A DNA stretch of 64,000 bases from Mobula birostris (lineage: Eukaryota), in assembly GCF_030028105.1 (NCBI RefSeq), contig NC_092374.1:174926057-174990056 (forward strand), written 5' to 3'. The translations under genes were made by a program, and so were the position numbers. Shown piece by piece: positions 37,801 to 49,800 of this stretch; position 1 is the first letter of the stretch; each line of letters begins with the position of its first letter. The notes below the pieces were generated by a model. That model did no database searches. It was not told the origin of the DNA and worked only from the letters and a program-made list of their open reading frames with translations.

Positions 37801-40800
37801 TACAAGTCATTATTGTATATTGTAAACAAGGGAGGTCACGGCACTGATCCCTATGGTACAGCACTGGTCACAGACATCCAATCAGCAAAGCAAACCTTCA
37901 CCCTCTGCCTCCAATCACCTAACCAGATGGCCAGTTTCCCTGATCTCATGTGCCATCTTTTTCTGATCCAGACCAACATGAAATCCTTGTCAAATGTCTT
38001 ATCCAAGTCATATACTCAACATCTCCCACCCTGCCTTCATAACCACCTCACAAAATGTTGAAGTTAGTGAGGCAGGATTTCCACAGAGCCCTATTGAATT
38101 TCTCTGATCAGACTCTGTCTATCTAAATTAACATAAGTCCTTTTGTTTTTTTTGCCAATCGCTTCCCTACTTCTGATATGAGACTCTCTGCCCTGTAGTT
38201 ACCAGGACTTTCTCTTCTTGAACGAAGGAACAATTATTCAAAAGCACACCTGTACTTAGTAGAGATACAAATATCTTTGTCTGGGCCCCAGCAATCTTTT
38301 CTCTTGCCTCTCTCTATAACCTAGGTTTATCACTGGCTCTTTCTTTATATTGAAATGCCCAGTATCGCAACACGTTGCACACTGATCTATGACGCTGCCT
38401 GCCATAGTAGTGTAGTGGTTAGCGTGGCATTATCACAGCTCAGGGTGTCAGAATTTGGAGTTCAATCCTGGTCTCCTCTGTAAGGAGTTTGTACATTCTT
38501 TCCGAGGATTGTGTGGGTCTTCTCCAGATGCTCCGGTTTCTTCCTACAGTCCAAAGATACAGAGCCATAAAAAAGTACCACTCAGAAATGGGCCTTTCAG
38601 CCCATCTAGTCCATGCTGAACCATTTAAACTGCTATTCCCATTGACCTGCACTGGGACAATAGCCCTCTATTCACCTACCATCCATGTACCAATCCAAAA
38701 CATGTTAAACATTGACATTGAGTTCGCATTGCCTCACTCCTGCAGGCAGCTCATTCTACACTCTTATTGCCCACTGAGTGAAGAATTCCCCACATGTTCC
38801 CCTTAATCTTTTCACCTTTCACCCTTAACCTATGACCTCTGGTTGTAGTCCCAACCAACCTCAGCGGGAAAAGCCTTCTTGCATTTACCCTATCTATACC
38901 GCTTATAATACCCTATACCTCTATCAAACCTCCCTTCAATTTTCTACATTGCAAGGAATGAGGTCCTAACCTAATCAATCTTTCTTTCTGACTCAGATCC
39001 TCCAGACCCAGTAACGTCCTTATAATTTTTCTTTCAATCCTATTTACATCTTTCCCGTAGGTAGGTGGCCAAAACTGTATTCTAAATTACACCAATGCCT
39101 TGTACAACTTCAACATAACATCTCATCTCCCATACTCAATACTTTGCTTTCTTTACAACCCGATCTACTTGTGATGCCACTTTCAATGAACTATGGACCT
39201 GTATTCCCAGATCCTTTTGTTCAACCACACTCCTCAGTGCCCAGTCTTGGTGTCATCTGCAGATTTGCTGATCCAATTAACCACGCTATTAACCACATGA
39301 TGACAAACAACAATGGATACAACACCGATCTCTGCAGACACCACCCTAGTCACAGGCCTCTAGTCAGAGAGGTAACCATCTACTACCACTCTCAGTCTTC
39401 TCCTACAAAGCCAATGTCTAATCCATTTTACTACCTCATCCTGAATGCTGAGTGACTGAACCTTCTTGACCAATCTGCCATGCAGGACCTTGTCAAATGT
39501 CTTGATAGAGTCCATCCAGTGGTCATTGTAAATTGCCCCATGATTAGGTTTAGGCTCAGATTAAAATCGGGGTAGCCGGTGGTATGACTCAAAGGGCTGG
39601 AACGGCCCTTCCAGAAGAAGATTATCAAAAATTACAGTGGCATCTTGATCAACAGGGCAAATGGTTCAATTAATTCAGATAAGTATTATGTTTTGCAATT
39701 AGAAAGTCAAATCCAGGTACGACTTTCATGGTGAATGGTTTGGAGTGTTTTAGAAGAGGTTGTTGTTGAGAGCCGTCGAGTCATTGCGACCCTATAGATA
39801 GTGTAATTGTCTGTAAGGTTTTCATAGCAATGTATGGAAGTTGATTGCCAGGCCTTTCTTCCGCACAAATACAGCTGCTGCCCAGGTTGGGAGCCAGCAG
39901 GATTCGAACTCAGGATCGGTGCTGATGCCACTACACCACCAGCCGGTTAGAAGAGGTACCTCGGTCTAAAAATACATAATTCCCTGACAGTGGCATCACA
40001 GGTGGGTAGGGTGGTGAAGAAAGGTTTGGGCAGTTAGGCCTTCATCAGTCAAGGCACTGAGTGTAGAAGTTGATTTGTTATTTGCAGAACATTAATGTGG
40101 ATTCATTTGGAGTATTGTCATCTATTTTGGTCATCCTGCTTCAGGAAAGATGCCATTAAACTGTAAAATAGCAGAGGTGATTTATGAGCATGTTGCCTGA
40201 ACTGGAGGGACGGTTATGAAGAGTGACTGGGCAGCTTGGCACTGACCTTAGGAGCATGAGGGGTGATCTTGTTGAGGGGCATAACAAGTAGGAAAGACAA
40301 ATGAGAATTGGTGGATTCTCAGAAGGCCTTTGACAAAGGCTGATTAATAAGATACACGGTATTACAGGAAAGATATGAGCGTAGATAGAGCAAGGGCTGA
40401 TTGGCAGGAGGCGAAGTGTAGGACAGAAGGAATTACTTTCTGTTTGGCTGCTGGTGACTAGTTATGTTCTGTAGGAGTCAGTTTTGGGATGGCTTCTCTT
40501 TACATGGTACGTCACTGATTTGGAATTGATGGTTTGTGGTCAAGTTTGTGAATGATACAAAGGTAGGTGGAGGACTAGAAAATAAAAGCAAGGATATAAT
40601 GTTGAGGCTTTATAAGACACTGGTGAGCCTCACTTGGAGTATTGTGAGCAGTTCTGGGCTCCTTTTTTTAAGAAAGTATGTGCAGACATTGGGGTGGGTT
40701 CAGAGGAGTGTCATAAGAATGATTCTGGGAGTGAAAGGCTGTTTGGGAGTATAAGGAGCGATTGAGTACAAGTGCCGCCTGTCCCACTGTTGCCTCTGGT

Positions 40801-43800
40801 TCTGTCGACTGAGCAACGTCCTGACCATCAATGGAGAGTGTGTCGGACAGTTAGATCCTGTCTCTGCTTTGAACGTGGTTTTCCAGAGACAGCGGCACAA
40901 GGGACAGAGTTCACCCTCTTGTGGGAGATGTAATGCCCCACCTTCTGGACATCCTGTCAGTAACCCCAGGAGCACCTCCCTGTACCCAGGAGTCACTGTG
41001 GGTCAGAGGTGAAGTGAGAAGCACTCTACAGGAGCTGGAAGAGTGCTGCTACTGGTGGGGAACTTGGTGCAAGTTCTCAGCTGCTCTCTCCACTGACAGC
41101 AGGGAGAAACTAAACCAGGCAGGGAGCACAGACTATTGCAGACCGTGACTGGAAGTGTTCCCACCTGTACTGAGCACCTCCCCATCCACCCAGAGACACT
41201 TACCCTGACCTCAGAGAGACACACTGATGATTTAACCCTGTCTGGTCCTGGTGAACGTGTCCTGTTCCATAATCCCGCTCCATCGCTCGGTCCGGGACAC
41301 CACAGCTCCTTCGGGGAACTGCGGACGTGATCAGGGATTTCACCCCCACTATCTTCAGGTGGGGCTCCCATGCCTCGGGATGAGGAGTCAGTCCTGGTTC
41401 ACCGGGTTTGGGATCCTGATTCTCTCAGAGGGGTGGGGTTGGACCCCAGTGTATCAGGGTGCTGGTTTCAGAAATGGCTCCCCCTTGGAACCTGGACTCC
41501 CAACCACTCTGACTCTCTGCTCCAATTCCAGGCTCTCTCTCTCTCCGTTATTTCACCATGGCGGTGACCCCAGGGTCAGGGGTCCCTGAGTTTATGGTGC
41601 TTGGGTACATGGACGAGGAGCAGATCGTTTACTACGACAGTGTGTTGAGATGGACGGTTCCCCGTCAGCAGTGGATGGCGGAGAATCAGGGACCTGACTA
41701 CTGGCAACGGGAGACACAACTCTTTCGGGGCAATGAGCAGGTTTCCAAGGCCAACATCCGGACCGTGATGAGCCAGACCAACCAGACAGGGGGTGAGTGG
41801 TGAACAATGCTGGGGGAAGCAGTGGCTGCAGGGTCTGCACGGGTGTGGGGGTTAGGGAGTGACGGAAAGACCACTCGGGTGAGGGGCTTGTGGGGATTTT
41901 ACAGGGGTGGGAATGGTGGGGTGATGGTCGGGACTGTGCAGGGGTTGGGGGAGGGGGTGACAGCAGGGACTTTGGGGGTGGGGGTGACTATAGGGACCTG
42001 CAGAAGTGAGGACCTAGGGGATGATGGTAGGGCCTGTGTGGAGGTGGTCAAGGAGTGACGGAAAGGAATGTGAGTGAGGGCGGATGAGGGGTGATGGTGG
42101 GGACTGGGTGGGGGTGGGGGAAGGGTGTTACAGTGGGTGCTCAGTGCGGGTGGGGGAGTGATGGTAGGGATTGTGTGGGGGTGATGGTAGGGGCCAGGGA
42201 TGTGGTGGTGGATGATGATGTAGGGGTGGGGGGAAGGGCTGTGTGTGGGTGGGGAAGGGGTGATGGGTGGGACCGTACGGGGGTGGGGTGGGGAGTGATG
42301 ATGGGAACTGTGCAGGAGTGGGAGTCCCAGGATGATAGTAGGGACCAAGCAATAGGAGGGTGGTGGTGGAGACCGTACTGGGGGTGGGGTGTGAGTCACC
42401 GCTGACACCATGTGGGGGTAGGGAGGGAGGTGACGGTCGGAGCAGTGTGGAGGCGGGGATGGGTAACATTAGGGATGGGGGGAGGGGGTTACTTGTGACC
42501 ATGGTTTGGGGAGGTAATGGTAAGAATCCTGGTGTGGTAAGATTGTCATGGAGGGGATCGTGTGAGGGTGGCGGGTCTGGTGTGTACGGACTGTCTGATG
42601 TGTGGTAGAGGTGACAGTAGGGACTGTCTGATAGGTGTAGGTGAAGGAGCAACGGTGGGGACCATGTGGGGGTGACAGTAGGGACTGTGTGGGCGTGAGG
42701 GTAGGGTCCATGCAATATTTCTTCAGCAGTTCGATCAGGGTACGACTGCGCAAGTGTGTGGACATCAGCCAGTGAGAGCAGCGAGGAGGGTTTAAAAGAG
42801 AGAAGGCTTTACAGAGCGGGTGACAGAGTAGAGGGAGACAGAGTAGGAAGGCCTTGGCTCAATGGGGCTTTGGTGACAACGGGTCGAGGCGAGGTAAGCT
42901 GCCTGCGTAGAATTAGAGACCAGAAGTATGTGTCTGAGGCCGTTGGTCTGTGCTGGATGTCAGACATGGGAAGTCCTGGAGACTCCCAGCCTCCCAGATG
43001 GCCACATCTGCACCAGGTGCGTCGAGCTGCAGCTCCTTAGAGACCATGTTAGGGAACTGGAGATGCAGCTCGATGACCTTCGTCTGGTCAGGCAGAGTGA
43101 GGAGGTGATAGATGGGAGCTATAGGCAAGTAGTCACACCGGGGCCACGGGAGACAGACAATTGGGTAACAGTCAGGAGGGGGAAGGGCAAGGGTCCAAGA
43201 CTAGAGCGTACCCCAATGGTTGTCACCTTAACAATAAGTACTCCTGTTTGAGTACTGTGGGAGGAGACAGCCTACCTGGGGGAAGCAACAGTGGCCACGC
43301 CTCTGGCACAGAGTCCAGCCCTGTGGCTCAGAGGGGAGGGAAAGGAAGAGGATGGCAGCAGTGATAGGGGACTCTATAGTTAGGGGTCAGACAGGTGATT
43401 CTGTGGACGCAGGAAAGAAACATGGATGGTCGTTTGCCTCCCAGGTGCCAGGGTCCGGGATGTTTCTGATTGTGTCCACAATATCCTGAAGTGGTAAGGA
43501 GAACAGTCAGAGGTCGTGGTACATATTGGTACCAACGACGGAGGTAGGAAAAGGCAGGAGGTCCTGAAAACAGACTACAGGGAGTTAGGAAGGAAGTTGA
43601 GAAGCAGAACCTCTCAGTAATCTCGGGATTACTACCTGTGCCATGCGACAGTGAGTATAGGAATAGAGGGAAGTGGAGGATAAATATGTGGCTAAGGGAT
43701 TGGAGCAGGGGGCAAGGATTCAGATTTTGGATCATAGGGACCTCTTTTGGGGCAGACGTGACCTGTACAAAAAGGATGGGTTGCACTTGAATCCCGAGGT

Positions 43801-46800
43801 ACCAATATCCTGGCGGGGAGGTTTGCTAAGGCTACTGGGGAGAGTTTAAACTAGGATTGTTGGGGGGTTGGGAACCGAACTGAAGAGAAGGTGGAAGAGG
43901 CGGTTGGCTCACAAATAGAGAAAGCTTGTAGACAGTGCGAGAAGGAGGGCAGGCAGGTGATAGAGAAGGGATGTGCTCAGATCGTTGTTTGAGATGTGTC
44001 TATTTTAATGCAAGGAGTATTATTAACAAAGTGGATGAGCTTAGAGCATGGATCTGTACTTGGAATTATGATGTTGTGGCCATTACAGAGACTTGGATGG
44101 CTCAGGGGCAGGAATGGTTACTTCAAGTGCCAGGCTTTAGATGTTTCAGAAAGGACAGGGAGGGAGGCAAAAGAGGTGGGAGCGTGGCACTGTTGATCAG
44201 AGATAGTGTCACGGCTACAGAAAAGGAGGAAGTCATGGAGGGATTGTCTACAGAGTGTCTATGCGTGGAAGTTATGAACAGAAAGGAGTCAATAACTCTA
44301 ATAGGTGTATTTTATAGACCACCCAACGGTAACAGGGACATGGAGGAGCAGATAGGGAGACAGATTCTGGAAAGGTGTAATAATAACAGGGTTGTCGTGA
44401 TGGGTGATTTTAATTTCCCAAATATTGATTGGCATCTCCCTAGAGCAAGGGCTTTAGATGGGGTGGAGTTTGCTAGGAGCCCTGGCCTCATCCGATTCTT
44501 GTTCTCTCCCTCTCCTTGCCACTTCCCAACAACGTTTGGTGTCATCTCTTGACTATAACATACCCCTTCCCTTTCCACGTGGCATAATTAGGCTGACCAT
44601 TTTTTTTTACCCTAATGCTAGATAGAAGATACGAAGCAGTAACACCAAAGGATGCTGATTATTCTTGATGATGTGGTTGGCACTCTCCTAAATGGACGTG
44701 ATATAGTCATTACTGTCCTTTGACTGCAGCAAGGGGTTTTATGGGTGTCTCGAAGTACGTCATTACAATAAGATTTAATTATCTATTATTGATGGGTGGC
44801 AGTTAGATCTGTCCCAATCCTGCACATGCTGATGGTGGTTAGCAGAATGTGACCCCTTGAAATAGAGCTGCCCTGCCCTTTTGCTCCAGTAGATGTCGCT
44901 GCTGAGGCTGGCCATGCACATGCATCGGGCTGTCATGTCCCAATTTCCATGAAGGCGGATCGGCTCGGGAGTTAAAAGGGAGCCTGTTGATTTTTGTGAA
45001 TGAGCAATTTTATATGAATATATAACCTTGAACTTTGCCTGCATTCTGTAAGTTAGCGCATTTTAATTCGATTTAGCCAAAAAAAGTGCTGCTGTAATAC
45101 ACCGTTTGCGCTTATTGGAGGTCACAAACAGACAGACAGAGCATGAGAGTTTTAGCAGTACAGTATATACATAAGGTTAGTGGGAAGGACCTTAAGAAGG
45201 AAATTAGGAGAGCCAGAAGGGGCCATGAGAAGCACTTGGCGGACAGGATTAAGGAGAACCCCAAGGCATTCTACAAGTATGTGAAGAGCAAGAGGATAAG
45301 ACATGAGAGAATAGGACCAATCAAGTGTGGCAGTGGAAAAGTATGTATGGAACCGGAGGAGATAGCAGAGGTACTTAATGAATACTTTGCTTCAGTATTC
45401 ACCACGGAGAAGGATCTTGGCTCTTGTAGGGATGACTTGCAGTGGACTGAAAAGCTTGAGCATGTAGATATTAAGAAAGAGGATGTGCTGGAGCTTTTGG
45501 AAAGCATCAAGTTGGATAAGTCGCCGGGACCGGATGAGATGTACCTCAGGCTACTGTGTGAGGTGAGGGAGGAGATTGCTGAGCCTCTGGCAATATATTT
45601 GCCTCATCGTTGGGGCCGGGAGAGGTACCAGAGGATTGGAAGATTGCGGATGTTGGTCCCTTATTCAAGAAAGGGAGTAGAGATAGCCCAGGAAATTATA
45701 GACCAATGAGTCTTATCTCAATGGTTGGCAAGTTGATGGAAAAGATCCTGAGAGGCAGGATTTATGAACATTTGGAGATGTATAATATGGTTAAGAATAG
45801 TCAGCATGGCTTTGTCAAGGGCAGGTTGTGCCTTACAAGCCTGATTGAATTTTTTGAGGATGTGACTAAGCACATTGATGAAGGAAGAGCAGTAGATGTA
45901 GGGTATATGGATCTCAGCAAGGCATTTGATAAGGTACCCCATGCAAGGCTTATTGAGAAGGTAAGGAGGCATGGGATCCAAGGGGACATTGCTTTGTGGA
46001 TCCAGAACTGGCTTGCCCACAGAAGGCAAAGAGGGGTTGTAGACAGGTCATATTCTACATGGAGGCCGGTGACCAGTGGTGTGCCTCAGGGTTCTGTTCT
46101 GGGACCCTTACTCTTCGTGATTTTTATAAATGACCTGGATGAGGAAGTGGAGGGTTGGGTTAGTAAATTTGCTGATAACACAAAGGTTGGAGGTGTTGTG
46201 GATAGTGTGGAGGGCTGTCAGAGGTTACAGCGGGACATTGATAGGATGCAAAACTGGGCTGAAAAATGGCAGATGGATTTCAACCCAGATAAATGTGATG
46301 TGGTTCATTTTGTTAGGTCGAATATGCTGGCAGAATATAGTATTAATGGTAAGACTCTTGGAGTGTGGAGGATCAGAGGGATCTTGGGATCCGAGTCCAT
46401 AGGATGCTCAAAGCAGCTGCACAGGTTGACTCTGTGGTTAAGAAGGCATACGGTGCATTGGCCTTCGTCAACCGTAGGACTGAGTTTAGCAGCCGAGAGG
46501 TAATGTTGCAGCTATTTCGGACCCTGGGCAGACCCCACTTGGAGTACTGTGCTCAGTTCAGGATAGATGTGGAAACCATAGAAAGGGTGCAGAGGAGATT
46601 TACAAGGATGTTGCCTGGATTGGGGAGCATGCCTTATGAGAATAGGCTGAGTGAACTCGGCATTTTCTCTTTAGAGCAACGGAGGATGAGAGGTGACCTG
46701 ATAGAGGTGTATAAGATGATGAGAGGCATTGATCGTGTGGATAGTCAGAGGCTTTTTCCCAGGGCTGAAATGGCTAGCACGAGAGGGCACAGTTTTAAGG

Positions 46801-49800
46801 TGCTTGGAAATAGGTATAGAGGAGATGTCAGGGGTAAGTTTCTTATGCAGAGAGTGGTGAGTACGTGGAATGGGCTGCCAGTGACAGTAGTGGAGGCGGA
46901 AACGATAGGCTCATTTAAGAGACTTCTGGATAGGTATATGGAGCTTAGAAAAGTAGAGGGCTATGGGCAACCGTAGGTAATTTCTTAGATAAGGACATGC
47001 TCGGTACAGCTTTGTGGGCCGAAGGGCCTGTATTGGGCTGTAGGTTTTCCATGTTTCTATGTTTCTATGACATGTGTCAGGGTGACAGTAGGTATTGTGT
47101 GACGGTGGCAGTAGGGACTGTGTGACCGTGATGGTAGAGACCGTTGGATGGGTGGGGGAGGTGATGGGGTAAGGGTGTAAAGCTGTGCACCATTGGGATG
47201 TGGTGTTGTTGGGTGTGATGGTGGGGACTGTGAAAGTAATGGTGGGGAATGTTCAATGGGTGGGGAGAAACGGTGGGGAATGTTCAATGGGTCGGGGGTG
47301 ACGGTGGGGAACGTTCGATGGGTGGGGGTGACTGTGGGGAATGTTCGATGGGTGGGGGTGATGGTGGGGAATATTCGATGGGTGGGGGGGTGACTGTGGG
47401 GAATGTTCGATGGGTGGGGGTGACGGTGGGGAATGTTCGATGGGTGGGGGGTGACAGTGGGGAATGTTCGATGGGTGGGGGGTGACTGTGGGGAATGGGT
47501 GGTGGTGATGGTGGGGAATGTTTGATGGTGGGGGTGATGTTGGGGAATGTTCGATGTGTTGGATTGACTGTGGGGAATGTTCGATGGGTGGTGGTGACGG
47601 TGGGGAATGTTTGATGGGTGGGGTGAGTTTAGGATTGTGTAGTGGTGACTGTGAAGATTTACAGGATGGGGAATTTGTATCCTCTTCCCCCTGACAGACA
47701 GTTTGTTCCAGGGATCCACATTTGGCAGCAGATGTATGGCTGTGAGCTCCATGACGACGGGACCACCACCGGGTTCAATCGGTACGCTTGGGACGGGTCA
47801 GACTTCATCGCCTTCGACAAGGATCGGATGGTGTGGGTGACCCCTGTGCCCTGGGGTCAGATCATCAAGGACAAGTGGGATCGGGACACGGCCATGAACC
47901 AGTATTGGAAGGGATACCTGGAGCAGACCTGCATCGAATGGCTGATGAGATACGTCAAGGCCGGGGGGAGTCACCTGAAACCCAGTGAGTGGGGGGTGTG
48001 GTGGAGAACTGTGTGTCTGGGAGAGCTCCCCCCCCCACCCCATCGCCATCTCCTCGCCCCTCCCTTTACCGTCCCCTCACACTTCCTCTCCACGCTCCCC
48101 ATCTGATCACCCCCTGTCTCCTTGCACCCTCTCCCCTTGGCCTCTGTCTATTCATCCTCATTTCCTCGCCCCAATCTCCTCACCTCATCTCTTCATCCCT
48201 TGCCTCCTCACCTCTGTGCCTTTCTCCCCTGTCTCTTCACCTCCCGTCTCTTCAACCTCAATCTCCTCGCTCCCCATCAGGTTGCCCCCCAGTCTTCTCA
48301 CCCCCGTCTCTGTGTTCCCTCCCCCCTCCCCCCTCGTCCTCTCACCCCCCTCCCTCTCCCACTCCTTGCTCTTTCCTCTCCTCCCTCACCGTCTCCTCTC
48401 CCCAATTGCCCTTTCCTTCTCCCCCTCCCCTCCTCTCCCACTTTCACTGTCACCTCTTCACCCCCTTGCTGACTCCTCACCCCCCGCATGTCTCCTCTTC
48501 CCCGTCGCCCTCTGCTCCGCACCTCCTCCTCTCCCCTTTCACAGTCTCCTCTCTGCCCCCTCACCCTCTCCCCTTCCCTTCTCACTGTCTCCTCTCCCCC
48601 CGTTCTCACTGTCTCCTCTCCCCCCTTGCTGCCTCCTCGCCTGCTCACCTTTCCCCCCGCTGTCTGCTTTCCCCCTTGTCCCTCTGCCCCCTCACTGCTT
48701 CCTCTTCATCCCCTCACCATTTCCCCTCCCGTACTCACCGACCTCCCCTCATCCCTGTCTCCTCTCCCCTCACCCCACCTCATCTCCTCTCCCCCACCGG
48801 CCATCTCCTCTCCCCCTTCTCGCTGTCCCCTCTCTGCCCCTCTCCATTTCCTCTCCCAACTCGCCATCTCCTCTCCACCTTGCCTTTAACCTCTTCCCCC
48901 CTCACGGTTTCCCTTCCTCTCTTCCTGTTTCCTCTCCCCCTCATCATTTCCTCTCCCCCCCTTGCTGTCTCCTCCCCTGCTGATTCCCCATCCCCACTTG
49001 CCATTTCCTCTCTCCCTTGCCGTTACCTCCCCCTTGCATTGCCTCTCCCCCTTTGCCCTCCCCTATAACCCCCTTCACCATCTCCTCTTCCTCCCTTGCT
49101 GCCCCCACTCACTGCTTTCTCTCCCACCCCAGATCCCCCCGAAGTCTTGTTCACCGCCTCGAAGGAAAATGGCCACCACCTCTCCTGTGTGGCCACCGGC
49201 TTCTACCCTCAGTCCATCGATGTGACTATTCTGCGGGACGGCCGGATCCTGGAGGAGACCCATTCCCACGGGATCCTCCCCAATCACGACAACACCTACC
49301 AGCTGACCAGGACGGTGCGGGTGGAGCCCACGGACACAGCAAAGTTCTCCTGTCGGGTGGAACACCGGGGTCTCCCCGAGCCCTTCCCGCCCTTCCTGGG
49401 TAAGAGACACTCACTGGTGGGGTGGTACACGGGCAGTGAGAGGGAGGGGGCTTGGCTGACCACAGACCCAGGGCTGGGAGCTGTGATGGTGAGGGGTCAC
49501 TGTTGACCTCTGGTCCAAGAGCACAGTGAGGGGTCACTGTTGACCACAGGCCCAGGAGAGGACAGAGGGAGGAATCAATGATTCTCAGACAGGATGGTTG
49601 GTGGGATGGGAGGGTGTGGGTGGGGTTGGTGAAGGAGAATCGGGGTTAACACTGTCTCTGTCACTGATGTGACTGTTTCTCTGAATCACCAATAGATCCG
49701 AAGCCCAACTCCATCCCAATCTTGGTCATCGCTATAGTTGTGGTCCTGGTGATCCTGGTGATGGTCATCGCTGTTGGTGTTGCCTACAAAAAGAAAGGTA

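Noticed and set aside
38400-38475. tRNA-like A/B boxes here and at about 39900-39948
   Set aside because: No cloverleaf; followed by SINE body sequence, so these are SINE heads, not tRNA genes
41807-42765. Gly/Val-rich and Pro/His/Thr-rich ORFs on both strands
   Set aside because: Low-complexity G/T-rich intron sequence
47057-47752. 231-aa minus-strand repetitive ORF ([10 protein letters not shown])n
   Set aside because: Translation of the 30-bp minisatellite; no evidence of coding
47985-49068. Long ORFs of 332 and 359 aa (Pro/Ser/Leu-rich) in intron 3
   Set aside because: They arise from the polypyrimidine tract lacking stop codons; no domain, and they lie between well-defined splice sites
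41532-49399. Assignment to CD1, MR1, class II or a named gene such as UAA
   Set aside because: The exon structure and A-pocket tyrosines indicate class I heavy chain, not CD1 or class II; the lineage cannot be fixed without a phylogeny, so no gene symbol is given
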